A DNA stretch of 64,000 bases, from the IMG/VR virus record IMGVR_UViG_3300045988_136451. One strand, 5' to 3'. The DNA comes from a virus. The stretch's first letter is position 1; the number at the start of each line of letters is the position of its first letter. The notes under the pieces are model-generated. The model did no database searches. It worked only from the letters and a program-made list of their open reading frames with translations, and was not told the DNA's origin. Below are positions 1 to 9,000 of the stretch, piece after piece. Made by a program: the position numbers and the translations under genes.

Positions 1-1488
1 GCCCTCGCGCCCAGCGTCGGACATGAGCATGAGGTTGTAGGTGCTCCCCTCTCGGAAAGACCGCTCGATCACGCCGCGCTGCGCGTCCGTCTGCCCTCCC
101 ATGTACATGAGCGGGCGGTAGCGCTCCAAGTGCTTCGACAGCGGTATGAGGCAGTTGTGCGTGTGCTGGGCGAACACCACCATCTTCTCGCCGCCTCCCA
201 TGATCTGGTCTACCAGCTCCTCGGTCGCCTTCAGCTTCTCGCTGTTCTTAGACCCCGCAAGCTCCGGCGCGTGGCGCTGCACTATCCGGCGAATCTCGCG
301 CAGCTGCTCGTCCCAGAACGGGTTGTCGCCTTCGTAGCGCCACACGTCCTCCATCAGAAGAACCTCCGGCATCCTGCACACGCGCTGAAGCATGAGCATG
401 AACAGCGAGCGCTGCTTCTCGTCCCGGTCTACGCTGCCGCCGTACGCGGCGATCTCGTCGTACAGGGCGCGCTCCGGCGGCGACAGCTCCAAGTCAAGCA
501 CGATCTCCTGACGCTTGGGGAACTCCGCCGCTATCTCCGGGTTGGTCTTCTCCGCCATGAACACGCGGGGAGCCGAAAGCAGCCCCATAACGTCGAGGTT
601 CTGGAAGCCGAGGTAGCGGTTCCACATGTCGCGCTCGCCGTTGCCGTACGTGAAGTAGTGCTCGAAGTCCTTCACGGTGCCGTAGATCGAGGCATCGAGG
701 ATGCGCCATTCGTTGTAGTAGTCCTCCGGGCTTTTCTCCAACGGCGTGGCGGTCAGGCCGCACTTGAACCTGATGTCGAGCGTCTTTTCCAGCTTCTTGA
801 ACTTCTGGTGGCGGGGCCGCGCTCGGCTCTTCAACCGCTGAACCTCGTCGTACACGAAGAAAAGGTGCTTCCCGCGCAGGGCGCGCTCTATGAAGTTCCA
901 GTCCTTCGTGTTGGTTCGGTCGTAGTTGACGACCCATATGTCGGAATCGTCGGTGTTGTACCACGCTTGGCGCTTCGCGGGCTTCGCGTTGCGGTTGACC
1001 GTGCCGACCGTCAGGCTCGTCGCCTTCTCCAACCACGGCACCCACTGCTTGACGAGCGGGGCCGGGCAGAACACCACGATCTTATCGACGGTGCCACGGT
1101 CGAACTCGCGCACGGCGAGCATCGTCCCCATGGCCGTCTTCCCCGTCCCGCACGAGCATATGAGCATGGTGTTGGGAACTCCGTCGAGCGCGTGGCCGCA
1201 TCTGTTCTGAAACCTCTTCAGCTCGAACGGGAGCGTGAGGGACGGAGATTCGATGGGCGATTCGTCGCGCACCTGCCGCAAGCGCTCCGCCGCCCGCTCC
1301 GTGAACATGACCTCCATCGTCCTCGCCATGGTCTGGCACAGCTCGACGATGCGGTCGGAGTTCTTCAGCAGATGGTCGCGGGCGAGTATCCCGCTGTGGA
1401 CGAACGGCATCAGCGCCGCCTCGTCGCCGTTGATCTTGAACTGCCCTCGGAACTCCTCGGACAGGTCAACGCAGACCGTCTCTTTCAA
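1..1488 (-). CDS. SNF2/DEAD-like superfamily-2 helicase; C-terminal end cut by the window edge; possible TTG start near 1488
   Basis: Minus-strand translation gives Walker A (LICSCGTGKTAMG), DExx box (FFVYDEVQRL), motif III (GLTATPLEK) and helicase-C motifs (MVVFAQ, NLMLMSDAGREG). The supplied + ORF 130..1524 is its antisense shadow. Confidence 0.6.
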   Translation of the reverse strand, partial: MKETVCVDLSEEFRGQFKINGDEAALMPFVHSGILARDHLLKNSDRIVELCQTMARTMEVMFTERAAERLRQVRDESPIESPSLTLPFELKRFQNRCGHALDGVPNTMLICSCGTGKTAMGTMLAVREFDRGTVDKIVVFCPAPLVKQWVPWLEKATSLTVGTVNRNAKPAKRQAWYNTDDSDIWVVNYDRTNTKDWNFIERALRGKHLFFVYDEVQRLKSRARPRHQKFKKLEKTLDIRFKCGLTATPLEKSPEDYYNEWRILDASIYGTVKDFEHYFTYGNGERDMWNRYLGFQNLDVMGLLSAPRVFMAEKTNPEIAAEFPKRQEIVLDLELSPPERALYDEIAAYGGSVDRDEKQRSLFMLMLQRVCRMPEVLLMEDVWRYEGDNPFWDEQLREIRRIVQRHAPELAGSKNSEKLKATEELVDQIMGGGEKMVVFAQHTHNCLIPLSKHLERYRPLMYMGGQTDAQRGVIERSFREGSTYNLMLMSDAGREG

Positions 1489-1553
1489 CGCGCCTCCATC
1501 TCCCTTGGTTTTCCTCTAGTGTAAGACAAGAAGTTAAGAAAATCAAGTAAAAG

Positions 1554-1588
1554 AAGAACCCCCTCGGATTGCCGTAGGGGGTTCTCGG
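1554..1588 (-). terminator. Rho-independent terminator after the fibre-like gene 1638..3524
   Basis: GC-rich hairpin gaaccccct-N11-agggggttc, followed on the minus strand by a T-rich tract (ttcttttacttgattttctt). Confidence 0.5.
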
Positions 1589-1637
1589 CGCTCATTCAAG
1601 CAAGGAGATGGAATCACGCCTCGCTCATTATACCTCA

Positions 1638-3524
1638 TCAGAAGAAGGAATACATGTAGTTTATCGTGTGCGTCGTGCTTCCCCCGACCGCGCTCTTGTA
1701 CGTCACGACTATCTCGCCGTGCGAAAGGTCGATGGATGCCGGGAATGTCAGCGCTATGTCCTTCCCGACCGTGGCCGTTATGCCCGTCTGGGCCGTCTCG
1801 GAGCCGGGGTAGAAGCCGTTCACCTTGACCGACGATATGAAGGCCGTCGGCAGGACGGAGGGGTCGTAGCTCGCCTCCCCTTCGTATATGACGTACGCGC
1901 TGACGTGTATGGTGCGCGCCTGCACGCCGATCATGTTGAGCTGGTCGGTGACGCGCAGCCCGTCGGGGCCGACGTAGTACACGTCCGCGTAGCTGGCGAT
2001 GGCGTTGAACCTCGCGGTCTTCGCCGCCACTCCGGGGAAGGTGATTCCGAGCGTGTTGTTCGAGGTCGTCGCCGTCCCCTTCCAATGCACGAGGTAGTCG
2101 TTCCCCGCCACCGTCTCGAAGTCGGTGAGCGTCTTGGAGAACGTCGGCTTGTAGGCGCTCATGTACTTGTCGTGGACGCTCTTCACGTCCCCCGTTGACA
2201 GGCTCAAATGCGGGTTCAGCAGCACGTAGGAAGACGTGCTCCATATCGCCGCGCCGAAGCTGGCGCTCGGAAGGTAGAACTCGGCTCCGTCCATACTGCC
2301 CTGCGCGTCAGAATAGTAGAAGTAGCCGGGGTCGAACGCCGTGATGGCGGCCAGAGAGCTTGTTATGGCGAGCGTCGCCGTGCTCTGGTTCACCTTGACC
2401 GTGAGCGTCGCCGTGCCAGCGGCCACGTAATCGACGGAGCAGGTCTTGCCGACGGTCATGCGGAACGCCGTCGTGTTGCTTATCGTCCACGTCGCCGCCG
2501 ACGAGCCGTTGCGCGTGTCGTACCGGATGTCGCCGATGACGTAGGTCGCGTAGAACTCGTTCGTATAGCTCACGTAGTCCGTCGCGCCGAGGCGGTTGAT
2601 CTTCAGCTCCTTTATGTGGGGGTCGAGCGCAACGCCGGAGCTGTCGATGGCGGAGACCGTGTACGTCTTGGAAGGGTCGTAGTTCTCCAACTGGTAGGAG
2701 GTGAGGCGCGTCTTGCCCACCAGCTTGTCGTCCGCGTAGATGTAGTAGACGAACACGCCGTTGCCGCCCTTCGCCTCCGTCCACGTCGCATAGCCGACAA
2801 TCGACACGGCGAAGTCGCTCTCGCCGTCTGCGGTGTTCCACGTGAGCGCGTCAGGCGTTCCGAGCTGGTAGTCGGGCTGCGGTATGAGGGCGAACGCCTG
2901 AAGCCATTCCTCCGGGTTGTTGCTCATGACGCGCGCCTTCAGCGTGTTCGTCGGGCGCGGGAGCGTCATCCGGGAGTAGGCCTTGTTCGGAAGGTCGTAC
3001 CACTGGTACCACTTGTTGCCGCCGTCCGGGCTGAACTCCCACAGGAGGTTCGAGTAGAGGAACATCGAGTTGTCGAACCACGCGGTTCCCGCGCCGGTCG
3101 TGTACAGATCGAACGAGAGGCCCACGCTCTCCGTGGTGTCGTCGTTCTTGCCCCAGCTGCGCCCCTTCTCCATCTCCTGCGGGTAGTAGCCGAACGTCTG
3201 GCGCGTATGGTACTCCGGGCCTTCGCCCTGCGGGCCGATCTCGTCGAGGACGGCGAACATGTTAGCGCCCGTCGTCGCGCGCGGGTCGGTGGGCGGCTCG
3301 AACGTGGGTGTCCACGCCGACTTGGTGCGGGCGAAGAAGCGGGCGGCCTCGTCCACCGTCTTGCGCTCGCCGATGCCGGTCTCCACCGACGGGTCGAACA
3401 CGTTGTAGGAGTATTCGCCGAGCCGCCTCTGCCCGTAGCGCACCATGCGCACGAAGCCCTTGGCGGGCTTCCCGTCCTCGAAGCAGTTTCCTATCCTCAT
3501 CGTAGGGTTCACAGCGTCCTCCAT
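1638..3524 (-). CDS. Tail fibre / receptor-binding-like structural protein (about 628 aa from MEDAVNPTMRIGN)
   Basis: Long ORF with Gly/Ser/Thr/Tyr-rich composition at the distal end of the tail module. The first ~99 aa of the track ORF are upstream read-through and not counted. Confidence 0.4.
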   Translation of the reverse strand: MEDAVNPTMRIGNCFEDGKPAKGFVRMVRYGQRRLGEYSYNVFDPSVETGIGERKTVDEAARFFARTKSAWTPTFEPPTDPRATTGANMFAVLDEIGPQGEGPEYHTRQTFGYYPQEMEKGRSWGKNDDTTESVGLSFDLYTTGAGTAWFDNSMFLYSNLLWEFSPDGGNKWYQWYDLPNKAYSRMTLPRPTNTLKARVMSNNPEEWLQAFALIPQPDYQLGTPDALTWNTADGESDFAVSIVGYATWTEAKGGNGVFVYYIYADDKLVGKTRLTSYQLENYDPSKTYTVSAIDSSGVALDPHIKELKINRLGATDYVSYTNEFYATYVIGDIRYDTRNGSSAATWTISNTTAFRMTVGKTCSVDYVAAGTATLTVKVNQSTATLAITSSLAAITAFDPGYFYYSDAQGSMDGAEFYLPSASFGAAIWSTSSYVLLNPHLSLSTGDVKSVHDKYMSAYKPTFSKTLTDFETVAGNDYLVHWKGTATTSNNTLGITFPGVAAKTARFNAIASYADVYYVGPDGLRVTDQLNMIGVQARTIHVSAYVIYEGEASYDPSVLPTAFISSVKVNGFYPGSETAQTGITATVGKDIALTFPASIDLSHGEIVVTYKSAVGGSTTHTINYMYSFF

Positions 3525-4894
3525 TTGCCGCGAGCGAAGACGTAGACCGCCTCCGATTCTCTCCACTTGCCGTTGACGTACACGCTCGCGAGGCCCTGAT
3601 GCCATCTCGCGCCGTTCGGAACGTCGTAGCGCCATATCAGGCCGCCGTAGTAATCGACGACCGCCTGAACGTCCGCGCCGTTGCGCATATGAACCGCGCG
3701 CCCCTTCGCGTCGTAGGAGCGCAGCGTGAACGTCTGGGAGGTGCGCGGCCTCTGCCGCTTCAAAGCCACCTCGACCGACTTGATTCCGGCCTGCTCGCTT
3801 CGGGCATCGGATGCCTTCCACGAGCGCACGAGGCCGTCAACGCTCCCCACAAGCTCGTAGCGCGCCACGGGGTAGGAGCCGTCTTCCCAGCCGGAGTAGT
3901 AGAACCTCACGGTCTCCCCGGCGCACAGAACCTCGTTCCGCGTTCCCCTGCGACCGATGCACCAGAGCTGCGTCGGGCCGTAGCTGGGTATCTCGAAGTA
4001 GGACACCGCGTCAGACCAAGCGACCTGCTTGCTCCACGCCTGACCGTCGTAGGTGCGGATGCCGAAGAACAGCTTGTCGCCCGTCTTGATGTCGAAGAAC
4101 GACGACGGCTGAACGCTGGCCGACGTGCTGCCGATGCCCTCGACCGCCCGCACGAACTTCGCGTGCTGCGCAACGGTGTCGGGGTTGCGAGCGCCCGACG
4201 GCACCGAATCGCCACGGTAGACGAACAGGTCGTACCCCTTCGCGCCGTTGCAGCGGTTCCACGACACCGCCACGGGCTGCGTGGCGGCTTGGATTATCTC
4301 GATCTTCGGAGGCTCGGCCTTGACATACGACGGGGTTGCGGGGCGCGGGTACGCGCCCTCGTGCCACGTGACGGTGTACATGCCGTCCTTGTTGTTCATG
4401 AACGCGCCGTCCTGCGGGCACGGCCTGCTGGCGTAGTAGCCTTGGCCGTAGCGCCCTTCCCAGTTCGTGATCTCGTTGTCCTCGAAGCTGCCCGTCCACG
4501 GGCGCACGATCATGGGGCATATCGTCAGGTTCTCGTCGTCGGTTCCTATGGGAACGTCCGCGTCGAAGACGGTGTAGGGGCCGTGCCACATGGTGCCGTC
4601 CCGGTCTCCGGCCCACGAGCCGTTAAGCCCCCAGTCGGCGTACTGCCCCCAGAACTTCCGCCCGCTCTTGATGGTCGCGCTCTGGTACACGCCGTTGACC
4701 CAGCACTGGTGCCCGATGGCGTAGCTGAAGAACGAGTTGTAGTACCTCATGCGAACCCAGCACTTTATGCGCACATGGGTGGAGCGCGCGGTGCGGCCCC
4801 ACGTCTCCACGGTGTAGCTGTACATGGTGTTGGGCTGTCCGTTGCTCTGCGTCCAGCCCTCTAGCGGCATGCCTTTGACGAACCATCCCATCAT
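3509..4894 (-). CDS. Tail-associated structural protein, 461 aa, function unknown
   Basis: Long minus-strand ORF in the fibre region with Trp/Gly/Tyr-rich composition. Its ATG overlaps the HNH gene stop (ATGA). Confidence 0.35.
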   Translation of the reverse strand: MMGWFVKGMPLEGWTQSNGQPNTMYSYTVETWGRTARSTHVRIKCWVRMRYYNSFFSYAIGHQCWVNGVYQSATIKSGRKFWGQYADWGLNGSWAGDRDGTMWHGPYTVFDADVPIGTDDENLTICPMIVRPWTGSFEDNEITNWEGRYGQGYYASRPCPQDGAFMNNKDGMYTVTWHEGAYPRPATPSYVKAEPPKIEIIQAATQPVAVSWNRCNGAKGYDLFVYRGDSVPSGARNPDTVAQHAKFVRAVEGIGSTSASVQPSSFFDIKTGDKLFFGIRTYDGQAWSKQVAWSDAVSYFEIPSYGPTQLWCIGRRGTRNEVLCAGETVRFYYSGWEDGSYPVARYELVGSVDGLVRSWKASDARSEQAGIKSVEVALKRQRPRTSQTFTLRSYDAKGRAVHMRNGADVQAVVDYYGGLIWRYDVPNGARWHQGLASVYVNGKWRESEAVYVFARGKWRTL

Positions 4895-5469
4895 CTCACC
4901 GCCATATCTTCATATCTCCAAACATATCCAGCAGCCGTATGATGTCCACGTTTCCCGCTGCATATTAGGTATATGTTTTGAACGGTCGTCGATACATTTC
5001 TCGCCGCATCCGCAATGGAAGAGAAACGACCGATTTCCTTGCCACTCAACGGGTCTATCTGAACAACCGCCCTGCCACGCTGCTCGGTTTTGCTCCTCCT
5101 CATGCGCTCTTTCGTCGGGGCGTAATTGATATTGTCGGATGCAGTGACCCATTCGAGATTCGACACTCGGTTATTCGACCTGTCGCAATCAATATGGTTT
5201 ATAAAGGGCTTGCCGTCATCGTTCTGAATGAATGCAGCCGCTACAAGACGATGGACAAGCGCATTCTCAACGTTCTTGTTTCGGGTCAGCCGAACCACCA
5301 TGTAGCCGTTGGACATGACCTTCTGCTTTAGCACAATTCCCGCATATTCACGAACCGTGCCGTTCCTGTACCTAACAATTCGGTCAAGACTTCGCACGCG
5401 TCCAAGATCACTCACCTGATAGCAGCCCTCGTAGCCCTTTATGTCGCGCCACTCTTCCATCGTATGCAT
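4891..5469 (-). CDS. Free-standing HNH homing endonuclease (NUMOD4-like N-terminus plus HNH_3 domain)
   Basis: EEWRDIKGYEGCYQVSDLGRVRSL (NUMOD4-like) and HRLVAAAF...NHIDCDRSNNRVSNLEW (HNH_3). GC content clearly lower than the flanks. Sits between two structural genes with overlapping stop/start. Confidence 0.75.
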   Translation of the reverse strand: MHTMEEWRDIKGYEGCYQVSDLGRVRSLDRIVRYRNGTVREYAGIVLKQKVMSNGYMVVRLTRNKNVENALVHRLVAAAFIQNDDGKPFINHIDCDRSNNRVSNLEWVTASDNINYAPTKERMRRSKTEQRGRAVVQIDPLSGKEIGRFSSIADAARNVSTTVQNIYLICSGKRGHHTAAGYVWRYEDMAVR

Positions 5470-5472
5470 CCT

Positions 5473-6069
5473 TTAGTCGATGTAACGAATGTACAGATCG
5501 CCGTCGCGCAGGTCTTTCGGCAGCGATGCCCTGTCCGGGTCTGCCGTGCCGTAGAAGATGCGGTAGAGGTCGGTGATCTGGCTCATGGTGTGGGTGTGAA
5601 CCTTGGCGGCGGCGGGAAGCGTAACGTCTTCAGCGCCGTCGATGAACGTGTCGGCAGCGCCGTCTATCTTGATCGTGAAGCCGGGGTCGAGCTTCCCCGA
5701 CGCGCTGGCGCTGTCGGCGTTGGGGACGTGCTCCGGCGTTGGATGGTAGTGCTGGGTCGTGACCCATCGCGTCATGCCTCCGGGCTTGCCGTCGTCCGCG
5801 CGCTTCTGAAGGTAGGCATCGACCATGAAGGTGCCGTCGGCGGGAACGGTCGCCACCACGATGGGGTCGCCGTTCTCGTCCTTGCCGACGGTTATGTTCG
5901 CGCTGCCCCCGTTCGAGACGAGCTTGGCCTTCTCGATCTTGTCGAAGATCGCGCCGCCCACCTGTTTGCGGAACAGCGCCACGTCCTGCGCGGTGTCGGC
6001 CTCCCCCTGCTGCGGGGCCGGGAAGTCCCAATCTCGGTCGGCTGCGTCGATTTCGAGGGTGTAGGCCAT
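5473..6069 (-). CDS. Small virion structural protein (about 198 aa from MAYTLEIDAADRDW)
   Basis: Strong RBS taaggagaggtaagATG. Located between the large baseplate/fibre protein and the HNH gene. Confidence 0.35.
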   Translation of the reverse strand: MAYTLEIDAADRDWDFPAPQQGEADTAQDVALFRKQVGGAIFDKIEKAKLVSNGGSANITVGKDENGDPIVVATVPADGTFMVDAYLQKRADDGKPGGMTRWVTTQHYHPTPEHVPNADSASASGKLDPGFTIKIDGAADTFIDGAEDVTLPAAAKVHTHTMSQITDLYRIFYGTADPDRASLPKDLRDGDLYIRYID

Positions 6070-6080
6070 CTTACCTCTCC

Positions 6081-9000
6081 TTAGTACACGCCGTTGTCGT
6101 AGACGGCTTCGTTGTACACGTTGTTTATGCACTCGCGCTGCACGCCGTCAATCCACACGTCCATGCTGCGCCTGTTCTTGTCGTTCGGGTCGATGCGCCC
6201 CGGCGCGGAATGCACCGGCTCGCTGCCCTGCTCGCCCCATTGTATCAGCACGTAGGACTTCACGCCCGCCTTGAACGGCGCGGGGCTTTTGTCCGCGAAG
6301 GTGTTCACGAAGCCGTCAGGCTCGACTATGCGCACCATGAGCTGCTGTTCGTAGGTGTAGACGCTGAAGCGCCTGCTCTCGTCCATGTAGTCGATGATGT
6401 AGCGCTCCTCGGCGGTGCCGCGCTGCCCCGACGGCACGCGGGCCAATGCCTCGTCCGGGATGTACTCGAACGTCAGGAAGCCCGCGCCAGCGTCGATGCG
6501 GAACGCCTCCTCGATCTGAAGCGACGCTTCCGCGTCGTCGATGTGAGCGCCCTTCTTCGCCTCGTAGGATATGGTTCCCCTCGGGTCGTTCACGGCCATC
6601 TCGTAGCACGGCTGCTCCAAGGGCTTGAACACCTTGTGGTAGTCCCTCATCGGAGCGCGCGTCTCGTTCGGGTTCCCGAAGTACACGTAGTACGCCCCCA
6701 CGAACTGGTTGAGGTCGTAGTCGTAGTAGCCCTCCGCTTTCGTGCCTGCGGGAATCTCGTCCTGCACCCGGAACCACAGCTCCATGTTGTCCGTGATGTC
6801 GCAGTCGATCTCTTGGCACTCCACGCCGTTGTAGTAGATCACGCGGAAGTCCTTCAGGTCTTGGCGCACCATGGGCGCTGTCTGCGCCCGCAGGATGGAG
6901 AAGTCGATGTTCGGCACGAACACCGTGGTTCCGGTCGGCACGAAGCCCGACAGCGGTATGCGCAGGCGGTAGTCGTACGCGTTGCTCCACCACATGCCGC
7001 CGGTCTGGGGCGTGAACACCGTGCCGATGGTCGTCCACTTGCCGCCCTCGACTTCGTAGCGCATGTTGAACACTTCCTCGTCGGAGAGGTCTTTGCAGCG
7101 CAGGTTCCACGTCCGCGCCTCGACGCTGAACACGTCAACCTGAACCGACGCTATGGCCTGCGAGCGGACGAGCTTGCTCTGCGACTGTATGCCGATCTCG
7201 TCGCCGTCGTCGGGTGCCGGTGTGTACGGTGTCGCCTTGCTCCCCGATTCCAGCTTCAGGGTGCCCTTCCTCACCTCGACCCATTTGGTAGCGTCGTACG
7301 AAGCGAGCCCGTAGAACAGCAGGACTTGGTAGTTCGTCCTGACGTTCGCGTTCGCCATGCTGAACGTCCATTCGTACCTGTTCCACTCGGTCTCCGACAT
7401 GGCGGACGGGTTCTTCGACGCTATCGACACGTTCGGTGCCGTCTTCTGCAAGAAGTAGAACGAGCCGAACGAATCTATGTTCCCACGGTACTCGAAGGAC
7501 AGCGTTACCGTCTCGCCGTCCTGCACGCAGCCGGGGAACGCGAGCGGCACCGACATGTTCGCGCCTCTGCCGAACGTCAGGCGCAGGGCCTCCCCCACGT
7601 CGGTCAGCTTGCCCGAACTTGCGATGTACATGCTTATGCCGTCCTGCCCGTTCGCCGTCGCCGTTATGGGCATCTCCTTGGTGAACTTCAGCAGGTTCAC
7701 CCCCGGCCCGCTGGCGGGAGCGTCCATCTTCAGCACGGTTCCCGAAACGCCGAACTCGGTGCTCTCAACCTCGGCGTTCAGGCCGCTCCACTCCTCGATC
7801 ATGTCGGAAGGGTGGTCGAACACCTCGCGCGGCGGGTTCTGGTTCACGGCGAAGTCGAAGCTCTTGAACGCCACCGCGCTGTTCATGTTGACGAACTCCA
7901 AGCTGTTCATCTCCTCGGTGGAGGGAACCATGCGCTCGTCGCGCGTCAGCTCGAAGCCCACGTTCTTGTCGATCACCGAAGCGTCGTTGGCGAACGCTAG
8001 GAACTCGCTGTCAGGCTCGACCGCCGCGCGGAGGCCCGACAGGCCGAACGACACCTCGCGTATGGCCGCGACGAACGCAAGCTCGTCGGAGCGCTCGCGG
8101 CGCACGGTCTTGTAGGCGTGCCGCCCGTCTTCGTAGAAGCGCATCTTCACCGTCTTGCCCTCGACCGGCTCGCGCGGCGACTGCGGAAGCTGCCGCTCGT
8201 AGCGCATGTTCTCCGCGAGGACGGAGCTGATCGCCCCGTTGTCCGTGAAGCGCCAGCTCGCCGGTGTCACCAGCGAGGGGAGGTACAGGGGATTGTAGCT
8301 CTGCGATATGATGTCCTCGATGCCGCGCTGGCGCTCGGCCTCTTGGTAGATGTTCGACGTTCCGATGGCATCGTACACCCCGAGCCGGTCTTCGTAGATC
8401 GGGCTGTCCTGCGTGGTGAGGAGCTGGCGGTACAGCTCGGTCGCGTAGGTGCTGGCGGGCTGCTGCTCGAAGTAGTGCTTCACCTCGTAGGGGTATTCCA
8501 GCTCCTCGACCTCGATGCCGTCCGACACAACCGTGTAGGGGATGGCCGACAGGCCGGTGAACTCCAACTTGACGAACGTGCACTTGCGCAGCGGCAGCGA
8601 GTAGTCGGCGCTCTGCAAGGAGTACACGGCGGGGTACGGCTTCCACGATGCCGTCTCCCAGTCGCCGTCCTCCGTCGAGTAGACGTTCATCTGGCATCCG
8701 CCGTAAACCGCGTCGATTCTCATGGAGTTCACGCGCGAGGCGTTGCCGCTCGCGTCCCTCAAATCGAACACGAGCCATTCTAAGGCGCTCTGCGTGACGT
8801 TCGGCTTGCTGCACCAGAACGTGGACGGCATGCCGTCGTGCAGCCTCTCCGGGCCGCTCACGGCCATCTCCGTCTCCACCTTGTTGCCGAACGGGTCGGA
8901 GAACACGGCGGGCGCGAAGTCATCTGCGTCCATCACGTCGTAATGGAGCGACAGACCGGCCATGTCTATGGAGAACGGGAAGTCGTCGGCCTTCAGAGCG

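Noticed and set aside
130-1524. Long plus-strand ORF (464 aa) at the window start
   Set aside because: Arg/Ala/Leu-rich nonsense typical of antisense reading in high-GC DNA. The opposite strand carries a full set of SF2 helicase motifs, so the real gene is on the minus strand.
3525-3821. N-terminal ~99 aa of track ORF 1638..3821 (and similar long N-extensions of 5473..6132, 21364..22731, 35748..36458, 46217..47095, 47194..48288, 61707..62648)
   Set aside because: These are upstream read-through in the same frame, Arg-rich or overlapping the preceding gene. Internal ATG/GTG codons with good RBSs give gene sizes consistent with the paralogs or neighbours.
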